A stretch of DNA of 64,000 nucleotides, taken from the human T2T-CHM13v2.0 reference genome, Homo sapiens. The translations under genes were made by a program, and so were the position numbers. The notes beneath the pieces were generated by a model. It did not search any database and was not told where the DNA came from. It saw only the letters and a program-made list of their open reading frames with translations. Every line of letters starts with the position of its first letter. Position 1 is the first letter of the stretch. Shown piece after piece: positions 17,760-29,913 of this stretch. Location of the stretch: NCBI RefSeq assembly GCF_009914755.1, contig NC_060932.1; one strand, 5' to 3'.

Positions 17760-18785
17760 TTTCTCTCCTTCAACTCTGTCTTAAACCCACCCGCATCAGA
17801 CTTTCATCCATACTGTGTCACCGAAACTGCTCTTGTCATCATCAGTGACTTCCCAGCTAAATCCAGTGGTCATTTTCCAGTTCTCACGTTACCGGACCCA
17901 TCAGTAGCATTTGAGACAGATCACAGCTTCCTACTGATAACAGTTCTTCCCTTGCTTCCACAATGCCTGATATTCCTCCTCCCTCACCCGCCACTGTGCA
18001 TTAATCACCTTTTCTGGATTCTGCCTTGAGGGCTTAGGTCTCCAACTTCTACCTACACTTACTCTTTTTGTGATCTTTAGTCTCATGCTCATAAATATCA
18101 TTTATGCTGATTCCTTGAAATATATGTGTGTGTATATACACACATATCAATCAGAGTAGAAGTCTGACTGACCTGGAATGAATATACATTCATTCCATAT
18201 TTATTCCACTGGAATACATTCATTCCAGGTCAGTCAGAGTTCTATCCTGCAACTTGAACTCATATATCCAATTATTTTCTCAACATCTCCAATGTTTAGA
18301 TGTCCAGTAGGCATCTTACACTTGACATTTCCAAAACAGAGGTTCTGATATTTCTTTCCTTTAAACATGGAGGATACCTGAAATTCTATCCATCTCAGTA
18401 AATGGCAGCCCCATGGAAGAAGTTGCTCAGGCCCAAAGCCTTGGAGTCATCTTTGACTCTCCTCTGCACTTACACCCCCATATCACTCTGCACCTATCAA
18501 ATTAACCTCCCAAAAATACCTGGAATGTACCTGCTTTTATAATCTCAGCTGCCACCTCCCTCATCCAATTTGATATCATTTCTGACCTGGCTTCTTGAAT
18601 AACTTTCTCCCTTACCTGCTTCTGATCTTGATTCCATTCATTCTGGTTGCCACATACTGGCTGTGTTTAGCATTTTAAAACATAAGTCAGATGTGTTACT
18701 TCTCCATATGAACCCATGCAGTGGCTCCCCATCTCACTCAGAGTAAAGCCAAAGCCTATACAAGGATCTACATGATCTGCTACCG
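17760..18785 (+). mobile_element. L2 ORF2/3' fragment
   Basis: caccgaaactgctcttgtc (TETALV motif), tcagtagcatttgagacag, ttgctcaggcccaaagccttggagtcatctttgactcctc, gtggctccccatctcactcagagtaaagccaaag. Confidence 0.88.
18157..18244. repeat. Inverted repeat/hairpin with 27-bp arms and one mismatch
   Basis: tagaagtctgactgacctggaatgaat (18157-18183) versus attcattccaggtcagtcagagttcta (18218-18244). Confidence 0.95.
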
Positions 18786-18956
18786 ATGCACATACAAACC
18801 TACCTCCGTGACACTGAGTTATTCAAGGCTCAGACTTGGAAAAATAATCCCATTATTTAAGTGCATTCAGAAGATTAGAACTCAAACACAAAGTTTTAGA
18901 ACAAAGAAAAGGTTTTTGAATTTAAATCAATGAGCACGGCATATAGGATCTTTTTT

Positions 18957-19190
18957 ATTCTTGTTTTTTTTCATTTAATTTAATTTAAAATTCTGGGATA
19001 CATGTGCAGGACATGCAGGTTTGTTACATAGGTAAACATATGCCATGGTGGTTTGCTGCATCTATCAACCCATCACCTAGGAATTAAGCCCGACATGCAT
19101 TAGTTATTTATCCTGATGTTTTCCCTACCCCTGACCCCCTGACAGGCCCTGCTGTGTGTTGTTCCTTTCCTTGTGTCCATGTGTTTTCAT
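18957..19190 (-). mobile_element. Short 5'-truncated L1PA (PA8-PA13-like) 3' end
   Basis: Antisense L1 3' UTR (gatacatgtgcaggacatgcaggtttgttacataggt); TSD catataggat(c)tttttt on both sides. Confidence 0.9.
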
Positions 19191-19281
19191 GACATATAGG
19201 ATTTTTTAATCTACATGGCCTGATAAGAGACTAAGTTTGATGAATGACTGCCAGGTACCCTAGTGGCCCTAGGACTTACTT

Positions 19282-19867
19282 GTGAGTCATTACAACAGAG
19301 ACTGCTTGGCCCCCAAAAGCCAAAATATGTACTATCTGGCTCTTTACAGGAACAATTTTGCCTGTCCCTCTATTAAATAGTATCTAAGAGCCTATGCAGC
19401 TCTAACATTTTATGAGAGAGACATACTTATCAGAGCCCTTGAGATCATGGGATCCTTCTGAGCCCAGTTGTTTAGGTTATCTTCTTCCAGGACTCTGAGA
19501 GTTCTACCCTCAACTCTCAGATCCACATCTACCTTTCATCCCACGCACTGTGCCTCACCACAGCTTCCCAGAAAAAAATCAGCAAATCCACACCAGGTTA
19601 ACTTCTGGGCTTACATATCTCACAGCTGCTTTGCACCAAGGCTTATCCTAGCAATCTTGAAGTAAAATCTGCTAAATGTGGCTATTTCTTTATTCGACAA
19701 ACAATATATGAGTTAAAGTAACAAGAATGATAATCACAAAATGTTAGAGGTGCATGGGCTCTTAGATATTATCTAATCCAGGGACAGGAAAAATTGTTCC
19801 TGTGAAGAGCCAGATAGTACATATTTTGGCTTTTGGGGGCCAAGCAGTCTGTGTTGTAATAACTCAC
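19282..19867. repeat. 134-bp inverted duplication (19282-19415 / 19734-19867) with a 318-bp spacer
   Basis: Manual gap-free alignment gives 11 mismatches in 134 bp, including a 46-bp perfect core. Confidence 0.95.
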
Positions 19868-20003
19868 CTCCGCCAGTATAGGGCAAAAGCAGCCACAGAA
19901 AATATGCAAACAAATGGATGTGGCTGTGTTCCAATAAAACTTTATTTACAAAAATGTGCATCAAGCTGGATTTGGCCTGTGGGCTATAGTTTACAGACCC
20001 CTG
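19779..20003. mobile_element. MER58A (hAT-Charlie); a partial inverted copy lies at 19282-19369
   Basis: gccagatagtacatattttggc...ggctgtgttccaataaaactttatttacaaaaa...tagtttacagacccctg. Confidence 0.9.
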
Positions 20004-20061
20004 GTCTAACCCAAGTCAGTCATCTCATACATGCAGACAAAGTAATTTGACACAAAGAGTA

Positions 20062-20190
20062 AAGGGTGACTCCTGTTCCAGATGGAACAGGACAGCCTCA
20101 GTGTATGTCTATTGTCTCAGTATAATTATTACTCTGTCCCCTTTTACTCTCAAAAGTATCCCAGACTGAATAGTAAACTACATGGTCACC
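20062..20190. mobile_element. MER94-like hAT-Blackjack MITE
   Basis: Termini agggtgac...ggtcacc; internal tactctcaaaagtatcccag. Confidence 0.65.
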
Positions 20191-22264
20191 AATTGTAATG
20201 TTATGTAATTCAACTTATGTAAATCCCATATTTCTCATGTGTTAACAGCGCCCTAGAAATAATTCAAAATTGAGTACATATATGGCACAGATAACACTAT
20301 TATTTGAAAAGTGACCAAAGTTTGTTAAGGAGGGCTGCAATATTGCTCAAATTTTTAATAGTCCAATACTAATTCATTTTCTAAAATTCAGTAAGTAATT
20401 TTGGATAATGGAACAAAAGATTCAATATATTGTTACATGCTACATAAGTATAATGTAATTTAATTACTCAAGAAAAATATCAAATAGTTTTCTTGTGTAC
20501 AAACAAGACATCTTTTGAAACACTAATTGCATTAAATATTTGGAAAACTGTGGGCCAAATATGTTCCATGTCATCCTAAGTTATACCATTAGTCTATCCT
20601 TTGACACACTCCAAAAGTTTCCTTCTTCCCACTGAACACGCTTTCTTAAAATATTCTGACATGGCTTCAAAGTCAAGTACGACCATAGATAGAGGCATTT
20701 TCTAGTCCTGAGTGTCAGAACAAAGCACTCTGGGTCTTAACGGGAAGCAGAGGCTTCATGGGATTGCATTTTTTTCACTGTGCCCCTGACTCTTGCTCCA
20801 CCCTGGTTTGTGCCTTTAGATTGGCTCTGGAGTCTGAAGACACACAGTAGAGCTGCCCACACACAACACAAGTCACAGTTAACCCAGTGTTTCATCAGCA
20901 GCATCTGTGAATGAGTTCACCACAACCTGTTCTCTGGCAGAAATAAGATAGATTTGGTCCTTACTGATGAAGCATAAGGTTGTAATTGGGACAGTCAATG
21001 ACAACATGCCTGTGAGCATTGTTTGATGTTTGAGAGGATTTACCATTTTAAATAGCTTTGAAAAGTGTGCTGAGTATGAGATTTATGTTTTTAGAAGAAA
21101 TTACATTTAGGAAGTAACTTTACTCATAGATGAAATATTTAATTTTCATGATGGAGATATTTGGAATAAGCTTGGGGGATGATTCCAAATTAAAATCATA
21201 AAAGTTTATTTCACAGTTTAAAATATATCTAGCACTTTTAGCTTATCCTACTGAACATGGGCCTGAGGCTTACAAATCATTCAGTCATCCTCTGCCCAAA
21301 ATAAAATCTTATCTTTGGAGACATCTGTATGAGTGGTTGAAATGCTCAAGGGCATACAATTTTTCATGGCTATTGTTCCCAGTTAAAATAGAAAAGTACA
21401 AACAAATTAGCCTTATTTGAGACCTTCAGGTAGGGGCAGATTATGTGCTTTATAATTTATAAAACAGGCTATTTTTCCACACTTTCCATATACCATTCAT
21501 TTGACTTAGATTCTAAGCTACTTGAGAGCAAAGGCCATATTCTGTTTACAAGTTTCTCAGGAATTCCCTAGTCATGCCAAGAATTCTGGTTGGAATTGAC
21601 TGCCCAGCTTTTAATAAATTCTTAATTACCACAGGTTTCATCTAAATCATTATCAATGCATACATTAGAATGTGCTAGTAAGTAAATGACCACTTCTCAG
21701 TTCTTCCAGGAATTTTCATGGCTGACAAATAGGCCACAGATGAATCGTGAGGCAACTGACTTATGGCACTGAGCATTTCCAGACCACACACCTGTAAGTT
21801 AAAGAGATAGAAAAACAGGAAAGGACTAACAGGCCTGCCAAACACAGTCCACACCTTCCAATCTAGTAGATACACCAGGGACTCAACACGCCGCAGCATC
21901 CTCCGGTTTACACCATCCCCAATCTTGAAGCGATACTGAAGCTACTCTAAGATTCAAGAGCAATGCTGTCTTTCTTCTCACTACAGTGCCAATCTTGAGT
22001 GGGCAGAATTTGCTGAAGGGAAACTCTGAAGGGTAAATCAATGAGATAGGAGTAAGGATGATATTGAGGTTAAGGAGATGGATGAAGCAGATGAGCATCC
22101 ACCAAAATCTGTTCTCACCTTTGAGCATGTGGCCGAGATAGTATAGAGAAGACACTCAGCCCTGGCAAAGAAGAGACACAGGCACCGAGATCCCATGGCC
22201 TCATACATCTGGTATACTCCCTCCTCCCTTCCCAAGATGACCCAAGTCACATAGCAGAAAGCTG

Positions 22265-22827
22265 TCCCTTCCTAACATTGCTGATTATGCTAAATTTCTA
22301 ACCATCAGAGGAAGAGTCTAACCATTTATCTCCTTGACTAATGCCCCTCAAGGTTGCTAAAGCAAGAGTCAAACATCCCTGAACCTGACCATCTTCCAAG
22401 GTTACCGAAGCGAGACTCTGGCATTCCCGATAAGAACCGGACCGGATCCAGCCGACTCAAGACAGGATGGACTCCAGCACTGACCTTTCACTGAGTTTTT
22501 CTGCATTATAATCCCATTATAATACTAAAAATCACACACAGGGGTGGAGATTAACATGCTGTGAGACATGTGACCCATGAAAAGACATGTTATCAAACTG
22601 CACAGGTGCTAAAGGTTATCTGCCTCTACAGGCCTGCATGTCGCTCCTTTTCCCACCTCAACTTCCTTAAAATGACCAGAGCCAAGCCCTTCAGGGAGTC
22701 AGGACCTCTTTCCCTGACTCGAGCCACAAGCCTATTAAAACTTCCCTGAGAAAAATTTACGTTTAGACTGGTGTTAATTTCTATTTATACAAGAGCCAAG
22801 AACTCGGTGGTCCTCCCTGCAGTAATA
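22265..22827 (+). mobile_element. ERV1-like solo LTR (family uncertain), followed by an MLT1 fragment to ~23050
   Basis: LTR-type 3' end (cctattaaaacttccctgagaaaa...aatttctattta...gagccaagaactc...gtaata). 5' boundary uncertain. Confidence 0.6.
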
Positions 22828-23067
22828 GCTAAGGTATATTACGCAGCCTCTCTCTCTCAGCTATGTGCGGCCATATGACTAAGTTCTCAACAATTCAATG
22901 TGGGAAACTGAGATCTGCTATTTTCTTAGAGCCTGAGCCTTGAGACAGTGCCCTTTCTTTTTCCAGAGGGATTAGTGTGAGCAGAACAGGGAGCCTACCT
23001 CCATCTTGGCTAATAGAATTGGGACTTCTACATGTTCACAAGGTATTAGAGAGGAAGCATCCACGCC

Positions 23068-23404
23068 TTTAAAAAAAATCTAGACAAACTACATTTAACA
23101 GTTTATTTGAACACATAATGATTTATGAATTGGGCAACATGCAGAACCAGAAGAGGTTCAGAGACCTCCACTGCAGCGGCAAGGCAGCAAGTTTTAATAG
23201 GCTGCATGTCGAAGAAACACACAAAAAACATATTGGATTGGTTAGGATGGAAAGCACCTACTAGAAATTAGTTAGCAGTTTGTGATTGGTAAAGTCTCTA
23301 GTTTTGTTTTATGGTCTACATTGGGCTTCAGCTTGCTCACATAGGAACTGAAAGTGCCAGAGCTGCGCCAGCCTAATGGTCTCCCAATTCAAAAATTTTT
23401 AATA
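23068..23404 (-). mobile_element. MER93/MER57-group ERV1 LTR
   Basis: Reverse complement begins tattaaaaatttttgaattgggagaccattaggctgg; paired CCAAT boxes (gattgg on +). Confidence 0.7.
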
Positions 23405-24130
23405 ACCCTCTAAGATCTCATTCTTCCAAATGGAAGGGTAATGATTTATATGATTGGTAAAATTGGGCACAAGATTCCTTCTTCATGCCTGGCCTAGTCC
23501 AGTGGCTCTCATTATGGATACTGTCCTACCCTCAAGGTGTACATCACCTTTTTATTAAGTTACCCCTCCTCCTAGCCAATGAATATACCTGGGTCAGGAG
23601 TCAGACCCACCTTCTTTGGATAGACCTGGAAGCCATTTCTTTTGGCTTCTGCTTTCCTGGACTTAATGAATACAACTTAGGCTGCCATTTTCAGGGCAGC
23701 CCTTTGGGTAAGTGCCCTCACAAATGGCACTCTTCAGACATAACTCTTTTCAGGAACAAGCCTCCAAGTCTAGATTGGAAGGAGAGGAAGTAGTTGAAAG
23801 CACTCTTTTGACTTTGGGCCCAAACATAGTCTCTCTTCAACTCACCGGATTTACCATGTTACAATCCTCACCTTACTTTTGGGTGTATTTCTCAATTTGG
23901 TTCAGAACGTTAAGGGAAACAGGGATTTAATTGTTTGACACTTGTATATTTCATATAAGAGGGCAATACCATAAAGAAATATTACAAATTTTAACAAATA
24001 TTTATTTGACTACATCATCTCTGCTTTGAGAAATATGAATTTTGACTCGTTAGGGTACCACGTGGATATAATAATTTTTTGTTGATTGATGATTATTTGA
24101 CATGATTTATCAACAGTATTAAAAATGTGC

Positions 24131-24540
24131 TGTGGGTGAGACAGCTATGAGTCCACCAACAATTCATGCTTCCCTTTACCATAGGGTAGAGTGGCTAAGC
24201 CAGCCAGAGTCATTTCCTAGCTCCCCTGACATCTCTGCAAGGCCATGTGCATCGTTCTCACTGTGGAATGAGAGTGGATATGAGGAGCATCTTTTCTGTG
24301 CCAAGGAGCATAACGAATGTGCCTTCCTCACTCAACCTCTGTTCCTCCTTCCACTGGCCTGAAGCAGATTAGTGTGATAACCCCGGAGGCCATGTCCTGA
24401 AGATGGTAGAGCTCAGTACAGCTTAGAGGAGGGCAATTAGCAATACCCACATTGAAATCTGAGTAAGAAACTTTCGCTGTATTTTACCATTATCCATTTT
24501 TAGTGTACTTGTTACAGCAGATAGCACACCCTGACTAACA
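24131..24540 (+). mobile_element. MLT1 (old MaLR) LTR
   Basis: catttcctagctcccct...ggccatgtg...tgaagatggtagagc...ttgttacagcagatagcacaccctgactaaca. Confidence 0.75.
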
Positions 24541-24784
24541 GAAGTGTGTAGTGTTGTAGCCACAATTCTACTTGTAGGCACTGATCCAAGGAAATACAGA
24601 TACGAAAAAAATTCATGTACATAAATAATACATTACAGTATTATTTATGATCATGAAGCAACTTGGAAACAACCTAAGAGTCATACAAAAGTACTTCATT
24701 AAGTAAATATATTTATGATAGAATACTTTTAAGTATTTAAATTTTAATTTTAAATTGAATAATATAGTAATTGTTTGAAAAATA

Positions 24785-24945
24785 ACTCTATCACTTAACA
24801 AAGTAGTTGCCACACTTTAGGCACTATTCTAGGCACTTTCATTGGCAATAACCCTGTAATCTACATTTTATGGATAAGAAAACTGACACACAGAAGTAAA
24901 GTAACTTAGCTTAGGTCACACAGCCAATAGATAGCAGAGCTAAGA
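24785..24945 (-). mobile_element. MIR
   Basis: ttttatggataagaaaactgacacacagaagtaaagtaacttagcttaggtcacacagc (MIR core). Confidence 0.75.
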
Positions 24946-25069
24946 AAAGCACATAAAATAAATAATATGTGAAAATGCCTGTTAGAAATGAAGACTGAAA
25001 AGCAGAGAGCAAAATAGATATGCATTCTTATCCCTATTGTTTTGTGTGAGAGAATTGGGTCAACTGGTG

Positions 25070-25300
25070 GACATTCATGCATTCACTTCCATTCAGAACT
25101 ATTTACTGAGTGCTTACCACATGCCAGGCATTGCTCCCTGATCAGGAAAATGACTGAAGTCATAGGCTTTACATTCACATAAAGAAAACATAAGAAACAA
25201 ATAAATATATAATAAAATGTTAGCTTGATAAATTCTTTGAAGAAGTCAAACTGGGTTAAAGGACAGAAGCTGACAGAAGGGGGTGCACTTTAGAAAGGAC
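25070..25300 (-). mobile_element. L2 3' end
   Basis: cattcatgcattc...tatttactgagtgcttaccacatgccaggcattg. Confidence 0.75.
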
Positions 25301-25900
25301 ACCAGGTACTCACGCCGAGGACTCCGCTTCTCCTGTGTAAATTTGCCAACCTGGGGTTTCAGGCCTACCAGGACCTAAGTCTATAAACCACACCATTCAG
25401 CCACAGGAGAGGGGTAGCCCTAAAAAAAATGGACTCGATGTCAGAGGTCAGCAGGCACAGGGATGCTGGCAGGGAGACTGTCCCTGCCTTCTCCTCTGGG
25501 ACTCCTGGCTGCATGGCGTGGCCAGCAAGGAATCCCTACCGCTGTGTGTCCACGGGTGCAGAAGGGAGGTTGGGGTTGGTGGGGAAGAAGGGAAGAGGGT
25601 TAGGGGCCGCCACGTGGTGCGCATGTGATAAGGCCCCTAAGCGCGGCCTGCCCTTCCCCGGAGGAGCCCTGCACTGCGTGTTCCCATTTCCAGAGCAGCA
25701 GCGCCATCCTCCGGATGCCTGAGGAAGTGCGATTACCTGCCCGCAGTTTTGTGTGCGAGTGACGGGTGGAGGCCAGTTTGAGTGGAGTCTTCATGACTCA
25801 AAGGTGAGGCTGCGAGGAGCCGCCAAGGTCCATGTGGGTCCTGAAGCTGGGTTTGCACAGCATTGTTTTGATGAACACTGGATGTCCACGCACCAGGTGG
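25300..25900. promoter_or_regulatory. GC-rich, CpG-retaining unique segment; candidate cis-regulatory element
   Basis: More than 20 CpGs in ~600 bp against a depleted background; E-box CACGTG (25611-25616) inside a CTCF-like sequence ccgccacgtggtgc, followed by tgcgcatg and gataa. Confidence 0.45.
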
Positions 25901-26617
25901 GGCCCAGGGGCTGTCTCTGCTCCAGAGCCCCATGACTTGCCTCCTCAACTGGATTGTAAGTTTGTTAAAGGTAGGGACTAGTGTGCCCACGTCAGTGGCT
26001 TTATAAAATGTTCAATGCACATTCAATAAATAAATGAACAAAGGGTAAAAACAACAATTTATTTAAATATAATAGTTTTAATTATAATTGAATTACTAAA
26101 AGATAAAACAAACTTTTGTACATATCAAAAGTGTTTTACTTTTTTATTGTATCACCTACTCTTAGAGATTGTACTTATGAGATTCTACACGAAAAATGCT
26201 ATTTATTAGGCATTTCCCAAGCACACAGTCGATGGTAGTTCTTATTATCGTTGTTGTTGTTTTAAAAAAAATTATACTGTGTTGACTCTAAAAAGATTTA
26301 AGGAGGTTTACAGAGATTAAAAAACAAGAAAACATAATGTTCCCTGGCTTTTTCTGCCATTTTATTGAAAGATTCAGAATTGTATTGTCACTGCTGGTTG
26401 CTCTGTAAAATTAGCAATCCTCAGGAGTTTATCCACTCCAGCAGCATCTTTTAAAGATCTACTATGTGCCAGAGACTTCTCCAGGCTCTGAGGTGCCTGG
26501 GTCACATCTAGGTAAGAGGAAAATTGAAAAGTGACTAAATTATAAAGGAAAGCCAGGAACCACTTACCCTAAAGGTCAGGCTGATGGTCCATGTTAAGCG
26601 GCTGGCTGGGGAGGAGT

Positions 26618-26666
26618 ACATATACATATACATATACATATACGTATACGTATACGTATACATGTA
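26618..26666. repeat. (TATACA)n/(TATACG)n hexamer microsatellite
   Basis: acatatacatatacatatacatatacgtatacgtatacgtatacatgtac. Confidence 0.9.
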
Positions 26667-26934
26667 CTCATCATCAATTTTACTGATATGAAGCATTGCA
26701 GGACCTCATCTATAATTAGTAATAAAATGAGCAATATTCTTTTTCGTTAATTCCATAGAGCCAATTGATTCTCAGAGAATACTTTAGTTTTGCAGAACTC
26801 TTGTATCCATAGCCAACTTGCGGTTGAAACTGAAGCATAATCTGTAAAAGTGAGTTGCTTCCCAACTCACTATTTTCCCAGTGAATTTAATGCCATTAAA
26901 AGCAACATGTGATATGAAAAAAAACGAAAGAATC

Positions 26935-27740
26935 ATAAGAGAAGGCCTTTCTTCAGGGGTTGTGTTGGAATGGAGATAAGGAGGCAAGTCCTGCAGAGTT
27001 CTGGGCAAGGATTCTGTTCCAGGCAGAGGGAAGTGCAAAACCTTGAGGCAGGATCAAACTTGGAATATTTGAGGAACAGCAGAAAAACCCGAGTTGCTGT
27101 AATGAAGTTCATGGAGAGAAGAGAGGGAGGAGGAAGCAGGCCCAGGCCACTCAAGGAAGGAGTCTGGATCTCTTCTGGGTGAGATGAAGTGTTGCCGGCT
27201 AGGTTCCCTGGGACAGACAATGAGGTGAAAATGTATGGGCAGGGAGTTTTTGAGACGGGATCTCAGGCATCTATACCTACAGAAGTGTGAAGGAAGCAAG
27301 ATTTAGCAGAGGAAGAAGTTGAACTGTGACACAGCCTCTCCCTCTGGGAGCTCTGAAGTTAGAACATCCAATTCACTGCAGGCCATATATACTTGCATCG
27401 ACCATCAATAGGTGTGAGCTGCCATGAAGGAAACCATGGGTGAGACAACTCTCTTCAAGAGAGGCAGGTCCTAAAGAAAGACTTAGCAGAAGACTGTCAA
27501 CAGTCCTATCATCTGGAAGAATTAGTGCTTCAGCCCCAAAAATGGGTATCTGGAAAAACTGGTGCTTCAGCCCTAAAGACATCTGGTCAGTGCAACAGAG
27601 CATCTGCTATGGGAAGTTATTAGGGGGTATTGAGCAAGGAAATGGCATGATTGGAATCATACTTTTAAGGAACACTCTTGTTGCTACACTGAAAATGATT
27701 GTTGGGAGTAAGAGCACCAGTAAGGAGACCAACTAGAAAG
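26935..27740 (-). mobile_element. L2 fragment interrupted by an ERVL LTR (LTR16/LTR33-like, ~27190-27611)
   Basis: Antisense L2 (gttccaggcagagggaagtgcaaaaccttgaggcagg; gagcaaggaaatggcatgattgg) flanks an insert ending gtgcaacagagcatctgctat. Confidence 0.65.
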
Positions 27741-28269
27741 TGAGTGGCCAATTTAGGCTTCTGACCCTGCACTGTCTAGAAAGTAAGCCAGGAAGCAGTG
27801 TGGAGCCTGCTAAATGTCCAAAGCAATTCCTTTGTCATATCAGGGAATCAGAACATCCATTGGAAGATCCTATTTATTATTTCAATATAAGCAAGAATAT
27901 CTGCAGAAAGTTACAAGAAGCCCAGGAGACATCATCAGTCTCAGATCCAAGAGAGACAATGCCATGACCACTTGCAACAAATACAATAATAATTTGGTCC
28001 AGAAAACGGATGATCCTAAAAGGAAGGACCTGCACCATAAAGGTGGCTTTGCTACATCCATTTTAAAAGTAGGGAAATGGTGTGGCTGCTAATTCAAATT
28101 GAAATCTTTGGCCCAGGCTGCAAAAAACTTTACTGCAACAAAGTAAAATAGGTATATATGCAAAGTTCTAGTGAAATTTAATGCTAAATCATCTAATATA
28201 TGAATTCATCAGATCATAGATTTAATTACTAAATATTTTGCCAATTTGGATCTTAAAATATCTCCCCTC

Positions 28270-28569
<300 letters not shown>

Positions 28570-28577
28570 TCAAGGAA

Positions 28578-28735
28578 CTGGTTCTGAAACTTTTGTATGC
28601 ATGGGAACCACTTTGGATGCTTGTTTAAAATGCAAATTCCAAGCTTCAACCCCAAAGACCTGGTGCAGGGTGTGGACCAAACACCCAGGATGACTCTGAG
28701 GAAGTTGGGTGATGGACAGTCGTGAGAAGCACCAT
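28578..28735. mobile_element. MER5-like hAT MITE
   Basis: ggttctgaaactt...gcttgtttaaaatgcaaattcc...tgagaagcac. Confidence 0.55.
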
Positions 28736-29002
28736 CTAGGGAACATTCACCAGAAAGCAGAAGGCAGCATGAGCAATCGTATGCAAGTGGAAATAGATCT
28801 GTAATTGTTGTTACCATAAACAGCCTCTGTCCAAAAAAGTTGTCACCCTTCAATATGCCTGAGTTTAAAATTTTCCTCAGTCTCAAGGTTCTGTAAACCC
28901 AAGTTCATCATGCTAGCTGCAGAAAATAACAGCTGAAAGTGGTTAGCCAAAGGAAGTACCACAGACTAAATCACAGGAAGATGGGTAATCATGTGTACTT
29001 AC

Positions 29003-29125
29003 TGCCGCATCTGCTGCAGTGCACAAGAAAGTTTTGGTTTCACACCGAAGAAAGAATAACTTAAAATCCCATAAATAATACATTGAAGAGAGAAAAGTCA
29101 TTCTAGTGCTGTATCTGGAGAGGCC
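29003..29125 (-). other. Candidate spliced exon (123 nt) in unique sequence, possibly lncRNA
   Basis: Minus-strand acceptor ccttttatctttgcag|G and donor GCA|GTAAGT. Motif evidence only. Confidence 0.25.
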
Positions 29126-29913
29126 CTGCAAAGATAAAAGGCTCTGTTCAGTGTTTATCTTGCTGCCAGAGAACAAGGCAAGCAGTGAGGCAGGGTTGTA
29201 ATTGACCCAAAAGCACATATGAGAAATGAACCAAGGAGAGTGTGCAGTTAAAAGCCTCATATAAAAAGAGAGCTGTAAAGTAAAAGTCCGGCAAATCTGC
29301 ATTTCAAACGATATGAAAATATGTTTGATCTAGTATACCGATGCACTAAATTTGCATAAAATTCAACCTTTTGTCCTGGTGTGATTGGAAAGGTGCAAAA
29401 ATTAATTTGAGGTTAAAGCTTTAGCATCCTATCTCTCTTAGACATAAAAAGGACATAATTAACCAGAACAGCTGGTTACAACCTTCATTGGAAACTCTGG
29501 GAAGCCAATGTATTCCATTACTGATCCTAGAAGGTAAAATCTACAACAGATATTGATTTGGTAATCCAAGATTCTTATCAATTCTGACCTACATAAAATC
29601 TAGTTGTCTTATAGTACCATGTAACTTGTGTCACAGCATCCATTTAATTGAATACTTATGTGAGTAGATGTTTAAAGCTGCCTCTGACTGAAGTTCTATT
29701 ATCAAACCTGGAAGGAAGGAAGAAAAAGACTGTCATTTCATAATGGCTTGATACAGGAAATTATATTTAGTATAAAAGTTAATTATTAATCATATATAGG
29801 AGCCAAGAAATAAAACAGAACAAAAGTTATTACTTTGATATTTATAATGTTTTATAGATTTATCTTGTCAACTGTTTTTTTCTTGGAAAAATACTGTATT
29901 TAAGTTTTGTTTT

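Noticed and set aside
21990-22215. Acidic, coding-looking frame (DRSKDDIEVKEMDEADEHPPKSVLTFEHVAEIV*) as a possible pseudogene fragment
   Set aside because: Short, bounded by stops, and I cannot assign a parent gene; needs TBLASTX.
27740-28092. Two overlapping ORFs in apparently unique DNA (75 and 92 aa)
   Set aside because: No recognisable protein similarity, convincing splice pair, or poly(A)/TSD signature of a processed pseudogene. A BLASTX search would settle it.
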